From contig CP186953.1 in NCBI GenBank assembly GCA_049570475.1, positions 416,001 through 480,000 of the forward strand: DNA of 64,000 nucleotides, in the 5' to 3' direction. Shown in pieces: positions 10,812-20,792 of the stretch (within the stretch, counting starts at the first letter, position 1; the number at the start of each line of letters is the position of its first letter). The position numbers and the translations under genes were made by a program. The notes below the pieces were generated by a model. The model was not told where the DNA came from. It made no database searches and worked only from the letters and a program-made list of their open reading frames with translations. Origin of the DNA: Candidatus Methanosuratincola verstraetei (lineage in GTDB: Archaea; Thermoproteota; Methanomethylicia; Methanomethylicales; Methanomethylicaceae).

Positions 10812-11671
10812 TTACCTGAACCCTCCTCCGAGTCGGACCACCCATATATGAACGCGAAGAAGATAAGGCAGATAGCGCCTATCACATTGAACGCCTCGCC
10901 TATGTTTATGAGCGGGATAATTCCCGACGTCGCATAGAAGACCCCTTCCTTGAGCTCGAGGGCAAGCTTAAATGGCTCACCGAATACCGTTCGCAGAACT
11001 TCAGGAACCGATCCTGGGAAAGACGGGACCCATGACCAGAGATCCGCGCCGACATTGTACTGCCAGTAATTAGTCGTCAGATAGCCCGGAAGGCCTAACA
11101 TCGTATACAATCCCCAACCGAATGCGCCAAAAGCGATGAGCGTCTTCTTTTTGAGATTGAACGGGGAACGCTTTCCGTATATTACCACCGAAAGCAAATA
11201 TGCAGATGCAACAATGACGCCGCACTGGAATCCGCCGCCACCAGACGTCGATGCTGCGGTAACTACCAGCAAACCGTAAGAAACAAGCAGTATCACCACT
11301 GGAAGAGCGAAGTACTTAAGGAGCACAGGCATAGTCTCTGTCTTCAGGTCCATCGGCTCGGCGACCACTCTCTCCTCGTCGTCAACACCTTTAAGCCCGA
11401 CAAGACCCCTCCCAAGCACCAGGACTGAGACAACTGCGCCGACATAAATGACTCCCGTCTCAATCAGCGTATCAAATGCCCTGTAGTCATAGACCCAAGA
11501 AGCCAGGTTGTTTGGGGCCAACCGGTATGCGAGCTTGTTGTATTCCTCGCTTATCCCCCTTGTGACATTCCCCTCAAGCTGCATGAATGAGGAAAGAACC
11601 CCGGCAAATATGATAACAAGGGCTATTGCTGCAATTATGCCGCGTATTCCCTTTAGTTCTTTAATGTCCAT
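10808..11671 (-). CDS. Ehb subunit H/I fusion (MnhB/MrpB-like)
   Basis: YDYRAFDTLIE (EhbH/MrpA-C-like) plus SGGGGFQCG (MnhB) in one ORF. Confidence 0.85.
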   Translation of the reverse strand: MDIKELKGIRGIIAAIALVIIFAGVLSSFMQLEGNVTRGISEEYNKLAYRLAPNNLASWVYDYRAFDTLIETGVIYVGAVVSVLVLGRGLVGLKGVDDEERVVAEPMDLKTETMPVLLKYFALPVVILLVSYGLLVVTAASTSGGGGFQCGVIVASAYLLSVVIYGKRSPFNLKKKTLIAFGAFGWGLYTMLGLPGYLTTNYWQYNVGADLWSWVPSFPGSVPEVLRTVFGEPFKLALELKEGVFYATSGIIPLINIGEAFNVIGAICLIFFAFIYGWSDSEEGSGK

Positions 11672-11674
11672 GCA

Positions 11675-12001
11675 TCATCTCCCCCACAGCGTCACTGCAA
11701 CAATTACCGAAAAGTAAACAAAAACCCAGAAGAGGACACGATTGAGGTCGCTCGAGTTTTCCCGCTCTATAACGCGTATCACCGGAGCGAAATGCAAAAC
11801 CATTATTGCGGCGACTAGGATAACCACTATCCCAAGAGGTATCATGAATATGCGGAACATCGCTGCTAAAACCATGATGAACACTACAGCCTGAAGTTCT
11901 CCAGCAGAATATCCTGTGGATGCATCAGTGTATCCGTTTCCGGTGAAGTAGGCCACTACGTGGCGCTTAATCTTGTCATATAAACTGTCTATGGAACCCA
12001 T
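11675..12001 (-). CDS. ehbG: Ehb membrane subunit G
   Basis: LYDKI N-terminus, EN.DLNRVLFW C-terminus, 3 TM; position. Confidence 0.75.
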   Translation of the reverse strand: MGSIDSLYDKIKRHVVAYFTGNGYTDASTGYSAGELQAVVFIMVLAAMFRIFMIPLGIVVILVAAIMVLHFAPVIRVIERENSSDLNRVLFWVFVYFSVIVAVTLWGR

Positions 12002-13500
12002 GGGACAAACACCACTTTGAGTGCGGATTCGGTCAAGAAATTCAACGCCAGTTGCGGGTATATACCCAAGACCAGCGTAATTGCAACGAGCGCAACCAAG
12101 AACATGAGAGTAGTTCCTGGCAACTTGAATCGTTCGCTCCCCTGCTGCAGTTCGTCTCCAGGCCTAAGGAAGATCGAGTATATCGCCCTGAAGAGGGCAA
12201 TGAATGTGGAGACGCTTACCATAAGTATAACTGCAGCCACTTCAGGAAGCCCCTGTTCAAGCGCAGCCTGTATCAGGATTAGCTCGCTCTGGAAACCGTT
12301 GAAGGGAGGGACCCCAGAAGCGGCAAGTGTGCCAAGAATGACAAAAACGGTCAATAGAGGGGCTCTTTTTGCCAAGCCACCACTGAACTTGATGGAAGTA
12401 CCTCTCCCAAAGTACAGAACCATCTCGCAACACACCAAGAGAAGGCTCATGTATATCACGTCATTGACTGCCTGGAACAGACCTCCGACTATGCCCCGGA
12501 ATGTGCCCAGAGATATGCCTACAGTCACCAAACCACTGTGGCTCACGATCAGGTAAGCCAAAATCCACCTGAAGTCGGTTTGGATCAAAGCCATGACTAT
12601 TCCAATAACCATTGTGAGGATGCTGATCGAGAGCATTGCCTCCCTCGCAAACGGCAGTGTGCCGAACATTCTGAGCAGGACTAGACCTATCGCAACTAGC
12701 GTTAGCTTTGATTGCGTCTGGAGCATCACAGTTGCATGGGGATAGGCCGACCGGTAAACATCCGACTTGAGCGGATGAATCGGTGCAAGCCCGCCCGCAT
12801 AAATCCAAGATAGCATCAGAAAGGCGAACGAGACGTATAGCACATTGTACATTCCACTAAGATCGTTAATCCTTACGGAGTTGATCGCATCAGTGATGTT
12901 GGCATATCCAGTTATCCCGAGTATCAGCGCCAGAGCTATGGCAAGACCGGAGCCGCTGAGGGCAGAAAAGAAAGTGTACTTGAGCGCAGCCTTCTGCGCA
13001 GCGCCCCCGCCTGAGGCGGCAACAAGGCCAGCCACCAGAAGACTGCCTATTTCGACAGCTATCCACAGGTGATAAAAATCATTCACCATCATTATAGCTG
13101 CTGCAGAGAGATAAGTCAAGAACATCAGGGCAATGTAAGGTCCAAAGTTCTTTTTAAGCGACTTTGTCGATATCGCCACCACGAAGAGCAACAAAAAGGA
13201 CATCACAGATATCATAATCTGCTGAAGGGGCCCATAGTAGTACTCCAAAGAAAGTTTCCAAGAGAAGACATTTGCATTGAATGTATATGTACCATCATAA
13301 GTTACCCCAGGTTGCCCAGTAAACCACTGGAAGCCATAAGGGGAAACCAGCGAGATCACCAGCAATACGGCGGCCGAAGCTATTGAAACTGCCCTGATCG
13401 CACGACCCCTATTGTAAAGCAGATTAACTACTATGGCAGTAAGAATCGGGATAACAATGAGTAGCGGTATTGACCATAAGTTTGTTATTGTCTCATTCAT
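11989..13500 (-). CDS. ehbF: Ehb antiporter-like subunit F (MrpD/NuoN-like)
   Basis: About 14 TM; WIAVE, AALKY, GLAPIH, GVPPFNGFQSE. Confidence 0.93.
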   Translation of the reverse strand: MNETITNLWSIPLLIVIPILTAIVVNLLYNRGRAIRAVSIASAAVLLVISLVSPYGFQWFTGQPGVTYDGTYTFNANVFSWKLSLEYYYGPLQQIMISVMSFLLLFVVAISTKSLKKNFGPYIALMFLTYLSAAAIMMVNDFYHLWIAVEIGSLLVAGLVAASGGGAAQKAALKYTFFSALSGSGLAIALALILGITGYANITDAINSVRINDLSGMYNVLYVSFAFLMLSWIYAGGLAPIHPLKSDVYRSAYPHATVMLQTQSKLTLVAIGLVLLRMFGTLPFAREAMLSISILTMVIGIVMALIQTDFRWILAYLIVSHSGLVTVGISLGTFRGIVGGLFQAVNDVIYMSLLLVCCEMVLYFGRGTSIKFSGGLAKRAPLLTVFVILGTLAASGVPPFNGFQSELILIQAALEQGLPEVAAVILMVSVSTFIALFRAIYSIFLRPGDELQQGSERFKLPGTTLMFLVALVAITLVLGIYPQLALNFLTESALKVVFVPWVP

Positions 13501-13904
13501 TCATGTTCACCCTTGAGAACCTTGGAAGCTTTTAGTGTGCCATACCTCTTATACAAGATGACGATCAGCGCTGCAAGTATTGCAGTGGTGCTTACTCCGA
13601 TGACTATGTTGGTGAGCACTATGCCAGGACCGAATATTAGCGCTGCTTCGTTAGGAAAATCTGATAGGGAAGCGCCAGGCTCCAATATAGGAACGATGCC
13701 CCCCTGCACATACCCCAATGAAACGAGCGCAAGATTGACCCCATCTGACAAAAGTGTGAAGGCTATGAGTTTCTTTATCAGGTTATCAAGATAGAGCATG
13801 CCTGCCATGCCAATGATGACAAGCAGGGCGGCTGCCAAAAAACTCAGGGTCTGAAGGGTAAGCTCAATCACTTTCTTCATGCCTCCTAGTCTTGAGTATC
13901 GCAA
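13497..13904 (-). CDS. ehbE: Ehb subunit E (MnhC/MrpC-like); true start probably about 13880 or later
   Basis: NLIKKLI, DGVNL, VLTNIVIG motifs. Confidence 0.9.
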   Translation of the reverse strand: MRYSRLGGMKKVIELTLQTLSFLAAALLVIIGMAGMLYLDNLIKKLIAFTLLSDGVNLALVSLGYVQGGIVPILEPGASLSDFPNEAALIFGPGIVLTNIVIGVSTTAILAALIVILYKRYGTLKASKVLKGEHE

Positions 13905-14121
13905 GTATTATTATCCCAGGCATCAGGACAGTGCCAACTATCGCCTGGGTAAGACCCAAGTCAGGCGCGAGCAAAGCATGAAAGAGAAATGCCAAGGCAA
14001 TGCTCTCAGCACCGCTTATGTAAGCGGCCCTCAGCAGGTCTTTCTGCAGAAGGGCAGCGACAGCCCCTATCGTAACACCTATCACCATCAGGTAGGCTAC
14101 CGTCATGAAGGCGTCAATCAT
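13864..14121 (-). CDS. ehbD: Ehb subunit D (DUF4040)
   Basis: QKDLLRAA, LAPDLGLTQAIVG. Confidence 0.9.
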   Translation of the reverse strand: MIDAFMTVAYLMVIGVTIGAVAALLQKDLLRAAYISGAESIALAFLFHALLAPDLGLTQAIVGTVLMPGIIILAILKTRRHEESD

Positions 14122-14600
14122 TTCTCAGACCTCCGCTGGTTTACGTAATAATATGCATTCGCAAGAGCCCCTCCGGTGAACGGGATAAAAAGGAAGAAAA
14201 AGAAACCGACGGCAACTAGATCGATCCTCAGGATGAGTATCCCTGCAAAGATCATCACAAGGGAGCTGACAGTGTCGATAATCCCGGCAATGTGGTTCCT
14301 CACATAGAATATGTTTGATCCATATTCGTCCCCGAATCTGAAAAGGCCTATTGTCGCGGCGATCATTGGCGGTACGCCTGCGAAGAGGATGCCTGCCGCG
14401 CCAATCTTCATCACTGCAAGCGCAGTTCCCTCAAGATCGTTGCCCATAAAGTAAAGCGCGCCGACAATCACTAGGAAGGCTGCAAAAAGGTACAATACGA
14501 GCTTGCTTGGATCCACTACGAAGGACCCTTTCTTTATATTCCAAGACACATAGGCGAATACTGCTGCGGCATAAACTACTGTGAATATCTCGGCGATCAT
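14118..14600 (-). CDS. ehbC: Ehb subunit C (MnhG-like) with N-terminal TM extension
   Basis: FYVRNHIAGIID, PF...LANAYY. Confidence 0.75.
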   Translation of the reverse strand: MIAEIFTVVYAAAVFAYVSWNIKKGSFVVDPSKLVLYLFAAFLVIVGALYFMGNDLEGTALAVMKIGAAGILFAGVPPMIAATIGLFRFGDEYGSNIFYVRNHIAGIIDTVSSLVMIFAGILILRIDLVAVGFFFFLFIPFTGGALANAYYYVNQRRSEK

Positions 14601-14905
14601 GACTTCTCACCAGTCCTGAACAGCCTCGCGAATAGAATGGTGCCCACTGATCCGACTACAAGCAGCGCGATCGCGGTGTCCCTGGCGAATCCTACATTGA
14701 AGAGCTCAGGCAGGGAGATCAAGTAGAGGCTAACCCCAGCAACCGTGGTGAACGCGCCCACGCCCATCAGGGAAGTCACGGCTTCCCCCTTCAGGGCCAT
14801 CCGGATTGCACCAAGACCTGCGGCTGTTGCAGCGACCATGAAAACAAGGGCCGCCCAGAAGAAAACAGTGTCTGCCACTGCCGAGAGAAAGGCCGCCTCA
14901 CTCAT
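14597..14905 (-). CDS. ehbB: Ehb subunit B (MnhF-like)
   Basis: 3 TM, RD.AIALL..G.VGTILFAR; ATGA overlap with ehbA stop. Confidence 0.75.
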   Translation of the reverse strand: MSEAAFLSAVADTVFFWAALVFMVAATAAGLGAIRMALKGEAVTSLMGVGAFTTVAGVSLYLISLPELFNVGFARDTAIALLVVGSVGTILFARLFRTGEKS

Positions 14906-15216
14906 CTTCCAAGCCACCCCTCGACATGAGGTTCCAAGGGTATTATGTCGCCCCTACCCCTCGGGAAGATGGTCCCTACGTAGAGCTTCTTCCCCTCGAC
15001 GTCGATATCGATGGTCACTGTCCCCGGGGTGTAAGTTATGCTGTTGGCGAGCATGATCTGAGGCACTGGTTTTTCCAGCACAGTGTCAATAACATGAATG
15101 TACGGGTCAATCTCACCGTTGAGGCACCTCTTTGATACGTCAATCACGGATCCAATTATCTCCCTAATCAACCTCAGCCAGAACCTTGTCCCCCACATAA
15201 ATCCCATCGCTTTCAC
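14902..15216 (-). CDS. ehbA: Ehb subunit A (MnhE-like)
   Basis: LANSITYTPGTVTIDID motif. Confidence 0.9.
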   Translation of the reverse strand: MKAMGFMWGTRFWLRLIREIIGSVIDVSKRCLNGEIDPYIHVIDTVLEKPVPQIMLANSITYTPGTVTIDIDVEGKKLYVGTIFPRGRGDIIPLEPHVEGWLGR

Positions 15217-15503
15217 CCGACAGCCTTCTTAAGTCCATCTATAAACTGCCTGGCGTAGTCCATGTAGAGACCCTCATCGCCAGGCCTGACTTCGACGGCA
15301 ATCCCCCTGTCCTTTCCAGATCCGATGTACAGATGCAGATGCGCAGTCCTTCCCGAATCCTTCTTGTGGAGGTGGATATACCCCTTTCCCGGATCCTCAG
15401 ACGCGACAGCATAGTTGAGGCTGGAGGCGACCTCCTTTGCCTTTGAATAGAGGTCCCCTCCGTTCAAGAAGAACCTTGCGTACAATATGGGCATCGTGTA
15501 CAC
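15213..15503 (-). CDS. hypothetical protein, first gene of the ehb-atp operon
   Basis: 96 aa soluble ORF; GTGA overlap with ehbA; TATA box upstream. Confidence 0.7.
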   Translation of the reverse strand: MYTMPILYARFFLNGGDLYSKAKEVASSLNYAVASEDPGKGYIHLHKKDSGRTAHLHLYIGSGKDRGIAVEVRPGDEGLYMDYARQFIDGLKKAVG

Positions 15504-15532
15504 CGTTTAACGCAGATTTTAGATGGGGAGTA

Positions 15533-15540
15533 ATTTATAA
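15533..15540 (-). promoter_or_regulatory. TATA box of the ehb-atp operon
   Basis: TTATAAAT on the minus strand, 30 nt upstream of the GTG at 15503. Confidence 0.55.
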
Positions 15541-15709
15541 CATTTGCCCTTGGTGTGCTTGCAAAACACATCAATTGCAATGCAAAGCTGACTGATCGGG
15601 ATAAGAATGGGGATGAGATCGCTGGAAACCCCGATTCCTGGGGTTGGGGGCTGCAAACTACGATATAAGGAACCTAAGAATACATAGAATATCCTGGGGC
15701 GGTACGAAG

Positions 15710-16978
15710 ATGCAGGCAGTGGCTGACTTGCACATACATGGCCCATACAGCAGAGCCACAAGCAGAAATATGGATTTCAAGACCCTTGAGAGGTATGCCG
15801 AGATCAAAGGCATCGATGTCATTGCAACAGGGGACTTCACGCACCCTAAATGGAGAGAAGAAATTAAAAGCCAATTCATTGAGGAGGATGGGCTATACCG
15901 CCTGAAGTGCGGCGGAGGCAGGAGAAGGTTCATAATCTCCGGCGAAGTCTGCACTTCTTCGGTCTTCAAGGGGAGGACAAGGAGGATCCACCACCTCATC
16001 TTGCTACCTTCGGTTGAAGTGGCTGACCAGTTAAGCGAGGTGCTGGGGAAAAGGGGGGATCTGGGGGCAGATGGGAGGCCGATGCTGATGATGAGCGGGG
16101 CTGAGCTTGTCGAGGCAGTCATGGATTTTGGGGAGAACAACATGGTGATACCAGCCCACATTTGGACGCCCTGGTTTTCACTCTTTGGCGACAGGGGCGG
16201 GGTCGACAAGATGGAGGAGTGCTACGAGGACCAGACGCCGCACATTTACGCGGTAGAGACAGGGTTGTCCTCAGACCCTCCAATGAATTGGAGGGTCAGC
16301 GCACTGGACAGGTGCACGCTAGTCTCGAACAGCGACAGCCACAGCCCCTCGAAGATCGGCAGGGAGGCGAATATAATTGAGGTCGATGCCCTCAGCTACA
16401 GGGATCTGGTAGAGGCGATAAAGTACCATAAAGAGAGGGTCATTACAATAGAGGTTGAACCAGCATTCGGGAAATACCATTGGACCGGGCACAGGAATTG
16501 CGGAGTGTCAGTGCCGCCCGAGGAGGCGATCAGGATGAAGGGGGTCTGCCCTGTGTGCGGGAAGAGGATGACAAAGGGGGTTGCGGAGAGGGTGGAAGAG
16601 CTCTCGGACAGGCCCCCAGGGGCGCGCCCCAAGGATGCGCAACGCTTCTTCAAGGTCTTGCCATTGATCGACACCATCGCTGTTGCGCTTAGGAAGAGCC
16701 CATCGTCATCGGAGGTCGAGGCAGAATACTGGAAGATGATAAATGCCTTCGGTGCAGAGATTAGAATATTGCTAGAGGTGCCTGTCGAGTCGATAAAGGA
16801 GAGGCACGGCGATGCGATAGCGGAGGCGATAAGGCTTAACCGTGAGAACAGGATCGAAGTCGAGCCAGGATATGACGGGGTCTACGGCAAACCGAAGAAT
16901 GATCGCGGGACCAATGGGGCGACAGAAGCCAGGGAGAGATTTTTTAGGAAGAGAACCAACCTAGAAGATTACATCTGA
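15710..16978 (+). CDS. endonuclease Q family PHP-domain protein
   Basis: DLHIH..YSRATS, PAHIWTPWFS, ETGLSSD, NSDSHS, GKYH..H..C, CPVCG. Confidence 0.9.
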   Translation: MQAVADLHIHGPYSRATSRNMDFKTLERYAEIKGIDVIATGDFTHPKWREEIKSQFIEEDGLYRLKCGGGRRRFIISGEVCTSSVFKGRTRRIHHLILLPSVEVADQLSEVLGKRGDLGADGRPMLMMSGAELVEAVMDFGENNMVIPAHIWTPWFSLFGDRGGVDKMEECYEDQTPHIYAVETGLSSDPPMNWRVSALDRCTLVSNSDSHSPSKIGREANIIEVDALSYRDLVEAIKYHKERVITIEVEPAFGKYHWTGHRNCGVSVPPEEAIRMKGVCPVCGKRMTKGVAERVEELSDRPPGARPKDAQRFFKVLPLIDTIAVALRKSPSSSEVEAEYWKMINAFGAEIRILLEVPVESIKERHGDAIAEAIRLNRENRIEVEPGYDGVYGKPKNDRGTNGATEARERFFRKRTNLEDYI

Positions 16979-16993
16979 AGATGGTCGATTATT

Positions 16994-18454
16994 ATGACAA
17001 ACCCAGAGAGGAAGGTCTGGAGCCAGGAGTACAGCGAGTGGTTTCACAAGGTCATAGCAGATGTCCCAATATATGACACCAGGTACCCCGTAAAGGGCAC
17101 CGGAATATGGATGCCATTTGGGTTCAGGATCAGGAAGGAGGTCCTGAACATCATAAGGGATGAGCTGGAGAGGACGGGGCATGAAGAAGTCCTCTTCCCG
17201 TTGCTGATTCCAGAGTACTTGCTCAGCAAGGAGAGCGAGCACATCAGGAACTTCGAGGACGAGGTCTACTGGGTGACCCACGGCGGGAAGACACCGCTCG
17301 AGGTCAAGCTTGCACTCAGGCCTACCAGCGAAACTGCAATGTACCCGATGTTCAAACTCTGGATAAACGCATATTCAGACCTTCCGCTTAAGATCTTCCA
17401 GATAGTCAACGTCTTCAGGTATGAGACAAAAGCCACAAGGCCCATGATCAGGGTGAGGGAGGTCAGCACATTCAAGGAGGCCCACACTGCCCACGCCACC
17501 AGGGAGGAGGCGGAGGAGCAGGAGAGGATAGGCATTGAGGTCTATTCGAGGATCTTTGAGCGGCTGAAGATCCCATTCCTGACCACGACCAGGCCTGACT
17601 GGGACAAGTTCCCAGGCGCTGAGAGATCGGTCGCATTCGACACGGTGATGCCGGATGGAAGGGTCCTCCAGATAGGGACTGTCCATTTCCTCGGGCAGGG
17701 ATTCGCAAAGGCATTCGACATAAAATACATGAAGAGTGACGGCAACTATGAGTACGTATGGCAAACATGCTATGGAATTTCAGAGAGGGCGATTGCAGCG
17801 CTAATATCGGTCCACGGCGATGACCACGGCCTTGTCTTACCGAGCGAGGTCGCGCCCGTGCAGGTAGTGGTGATTCCAATCGTCTACAAGGGCAGGGAAG
17901 AAGAGGTCCTAAAGAGGTGCAGAGAGGTCAAGGATACGCTAGAAAGGTCCGGGTTGAGGGTAACAATCGATGACCGGAGGGACATTACGCCAGGCAACAA
18001 GTACTATGCATGGGAGATGAAAGGCGCCCCCGTGAGGGTTGAAATTGGACCCCGAGATTTAGACAACAACACGGCAGTTCTGGTCAGGAGGGATACCTTG
18101 AGCAAGACCCATGTTAATGTGGACGGGGTCGTTGACGAAATAAGGAAAATAATGATTCAAATCGACGAGGGGCTCGCCGAAAGGAGCAGGGAATGGATGA
18201 CATCCATGGTGAGAGAGGTGGAGACCATCGAGCAGGCGAAGGGTGAGCTCGACGCAAGGGGAGGCGTTGTCGAGCTGAACTGGTGCGGGAGGACCAGCTG
18301 CGGAGAAGAGCTTGAGAAGATGATCGATGCAAGGATACTGGGAGTGCCCTTTGACAAGGACAAAGGTAAAAACGAACCCTCCCTGAATGGCGCCAAGTGC
18401 GCAGGGTGCAACGAAGCTGCGACCAAGAAAATAAGGGTGGCAAGGTCTTACTGA
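16994..18454 (+). CDS. proS: prolyl-tRNA synthetase (archaeal/eukaryotic type)
   Basis: [31 protein letters not shown]-terminal ARSY. Confidence 0.98.
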   Translation: MTNPERKVWSQEYSEWFHKVIADVPIYDTRYPVKGTGIWMPFGFRIRKEVLNIIRDELERTGHEEVLFPLLIPEYLLSKESEHIRNFEDEVYWVTHGGKTPLEVKLALRPTSETAMYPMFKLWINAYSDLPLKIFQIVNVFRYETKATRPMIRVREVSTFKEAHTAHATREEAEEQERIGIEVYSRIFERLKIPFLTTTRPDWDKFPGAERSVAFDTVMPDGRVLQIGTVHFLGQGFAKAFDIKYMKSDGNYEYVWQTCYGISERAIAALISVHGDDHGLVLPSEVAPVQVVVIPIVYKGREEEVLKRCREVKDTLERSGLRVTIDDRRDITPGNKYYAWEMKGAPVRVEIGPRDLDNNTAVLVRRDTLSKTHVNVDGVVDEIRKIMIQIDEGLAERSREWMTSMVREVETIEQAKGELDARGGVVELNWCGRTSCGEELEKMIDARILGVPFDKDKGKNEPSLNGAKCAGCNEAATKKIRVARSY

Positions 18455-18570
18455 CCTTTTTATCATCAATTTTGAAAGGCCTGCAACATAAGAACGGATT
18501 CAAAAATTTTTATCTGCCTTTTTTGGCAGAAGTAAAATTCGTTGAAAGAAAAAATACAAAAAAACTGAAA

Positions 18571-18951
18571 TTAACTGGATCTGTCAGCGAAGTGTTCGGT
18601 CACAGATTTTGGATTCAGCTTAGAGACTATGTATTGGAATGCCTTCTGGGGATCGCTCTTCTCGCCGCATGTGAAGACATCGACTGTTGCGTATTGGAAT
18701 TCGTTCCAAGTATGTATTGCAATGTGGCTCTCGAGGATCAGGGCGATAACGGAAACGCCCCCTTTCGGTCCTCCAAATTTCCAGGCCACAGTATCCCAGA
18801 TAGTCATGTTCGCGATCTTTGCAGCGTCAATAACTAGATTCTTGAGCGCAGATTCATCGTTTATCCGCGAGACATCGCAACCGTAGAGGTTTCCATAAAC
18901 GTGTTTTCCCACGATTTGTTTCTCTTCCAGGGTACACGAAGTTTGGTTCAT
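18571..18951 (-). CDS. pyruvoyl-dependent decarboxylase proenzyme, AdoMetDC family; probably crenarchaeal-type arginine decarboxylase
   Basis: ESHIAIHTW cleavage motif, DVFTCG; GKHVYGNLY and [16 protein letters not shown]. Confidence 0.9.
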   Translation of the reverse strand: MNQTSCTLEEKQIVGKHVYGNLYGCDVSRINDESALKNLVIDAAKIANMTIWDTVAWKFGGPKGGVSVIALILESHIAIHTWNEFQYATVDVFTCGEKSDPQKAFQYIVSKLNPKSVTEHFADRSS

Positions 18952-19146
18952 CTTGTGTGTCTGATCCTCCGCGCCGTTTACATTTTTATTGAGGCACTAT
19001 TTTGCAACAAAAAAAAACTTGTATATAAACTTATTCACCATAGAAAAGGCCTCAAGAAAATTGAGAACTGTTCAAAAATGGGATGAACCCGAACGTTGGG
19101 AAATGAGCCAAATATGGCTTTAAAAAAGGCGATTCCAGGCTTCCCC

Positions 19147-19314
19147 TTACCTTCGCGATCGGGAAGTGGTTTCTGGAGAGGAATATACCTGCCTTTTCAG
19201 GAAGTTCTTTCGGTTCCTTTGAAGCGGTCTCAGACCATGCCTCTCTTTTGCAGGGACCTTGGGGGTCTGCGACCTGACTTTTCCGGCCTTAGTAAGCGAG
19301 CCGTGTGATGGCAT
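19147..19314 (-). CDS. rps30e: 30S ribosomal protein S30e (eS30)
   Basis: Manual translation MPSHGSLTKAGKVRSQTPKVPAKERHGLRPLQRNRKNFLKRQVYSSPETTSRSRR (55 aa; not in the ORF track). Confidence 0.96.
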   Translation of the reverse strand: MPSHGSLTKAGKVRSQTPKVPAKERHGLRPLQRNRKNFLKRQVYSSPETTSRSRR

Positions 19315-19408
19315 TCAATTTACACCCACAGGTATCCATCATGAGGTTAAATAAATAGTTTTTCTATAGCGCCTGCAATTCGATACTACGGGCAGGATGC
19401 CGCCCTCG

Positions 19409-20581
19409 CTACAATCTCTTGATTACCTCCTCGACGGCACCAGGCGGGGCATTGGTCTTTATTCCCTTTGGGTGGAAATGAGTGGGGAAGGCAGAATACC
19501 CGGCCGATTTCAATCCCTCGAGTGCCCTTTCCAAAGACGGCGCCCCCATGCCGAGCCTCTTCGAAACCACATCCAGAACATAAAACCCCACTGGCATCCC
19601 GACTTCTCCTAAAAGCTTTTCAAAAAGCTTTGACATTCGCTTGCTCGTCCGCATATAAGAGAAGTCAAACCCATAGATAGCCCTGAGGAAATCCGGGTCT
19701 GAGAGGGCGCCTGTCCACAAGGGGCCGGCCCTCCTCAAAGGCGAGCCGCAAATTTCGCAGCTTGTCGGCAACGCCTCTCCGAATGCCGCCACGCTCCGCC
19801 AAAGGCATGAGCTGCAGGACAGCAGGTAGCCCAAATTCCCTACCGCTGAGTCGGCCCTGCGCGCGCCCAAACTTAGCCTGAAGTAAGACCTGAAGTAGTG
19901 GTCTACGCTATATGAGAGGACGGGGGATGCGCCGAAGTCATACTTAGCTGCCTCGCGCACCACTGATCCAACCAGTATACGGAGGCCAGTCTCATGGCAG
20001 AATTCGTTTCTGAGCGGGATGGACAAGTATTTCCTGATGCAGGACTTTGAATGGACGCCGCAAAGCGGTGCAGTATCAGTCGCAGTGACTGCCAAGAGGC
20101 CTCCATTCTTCAGAGCCCTTATTGAAGAGTCCAGAAAGGGCACGGGGGTCCCGAACGGGTCTATGTCAATGAAATCGAACCGCTCCCCCGGCTCTGAGTG
20201 CTCTGCGAGAAGGAGGTTAGCGTCTTCATGGACCACTTCTACCCTGCCCTCGATGCCGTTCCTTCTGGCATTATTGATTATGATCGGTATGGATTCTGCA
20301 TTCAGGTCCCCCATGACCACTTTTTCAACGGATTGGACTTCCTTCGCGTACCTTATCCCGCGCGCTCCTGTACCCGCTAATGGGTCGCAGGCATTGATAG
20401 GTCGCCCCTTAGCTTTTGCGAAAACGCTTAGGGCTGCCACTGCAACATCCCTGCTGAATTCCATTTGAGGGTTATAAAAGACAGGAGCCTTGAATGGCGC
20501 ATATTTACCCTGGAAAGTATAGGATGAGGGATCAGGGATTTCGAGTTCGGTCCTGCCCTCAACCGCAAATGAGGTGATCAA
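19409..20581 (-). CDS. trm1: tRNA (guanine-26-N2)-dimethyltransferase
   Basis: VFYNP.M...RD, DPLAGTGARG, IDIDPFGTP, TATDTAPLCG. Confidence 0.96.
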   Translation of the reverse strand: MITSFAVEGRTELEIPDPSSYTFQGKYAPFKAPVFYNPQMEFSRDVAVAALSVFAKAKGRPINACDPLAGTGARGIRYAKEVQSVEKVVMGDLNAESIPIIINNARRNGIEGRVEVVHEDANLLLAEHSEPGERFDFIDIDPFGTPVPFLDSSIRALKNGGLLAVTATDTAPLCGVHSKSCIRKYLSIPLRNEFCHETGLRILVGSVVREAAKYDFGASPVLSYSVDHYFRSYFRLSLGARRADSAVGNLGYLLSCSSCLWRSVAAFGEALPTSCEICGSPLRRAGPLWTGALSDPDFLRAIYGFDFSYMRTSKRMSKLFEKLLGEVGMPVGFYVLDVVSKRLGMGAPSLERALEGLKSAGYSAFPTHFHPKGIKTNAPPGAVEEVIKRL

Positions 20582-20792
20582 TTCGCTTCCCCCAACGGAA
20601 TTAGTGAGAGCTCACTATTATACTCTGAATCTCCCAGATCCTAGATTGCAAAATAGTCCTTCCAAACAAATCAATGATGAATCGCTGAACGTGTTGCATC
20701 CCAGGAATATAGAGGCTCTCTTTCGGAACAGAAAAATACCCCATCAGATCCAAGGTAATCAGCCCGAGAATTAGCGGGGGATGTAATAGGCG

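Noticed and set aside
20674-20735. Perfect C box ATGATGA upstream of rnhB
   Set aside because: The nearest CTGA is only 4 nt away, and there is no convincing C'/D' pair or terminal stem.
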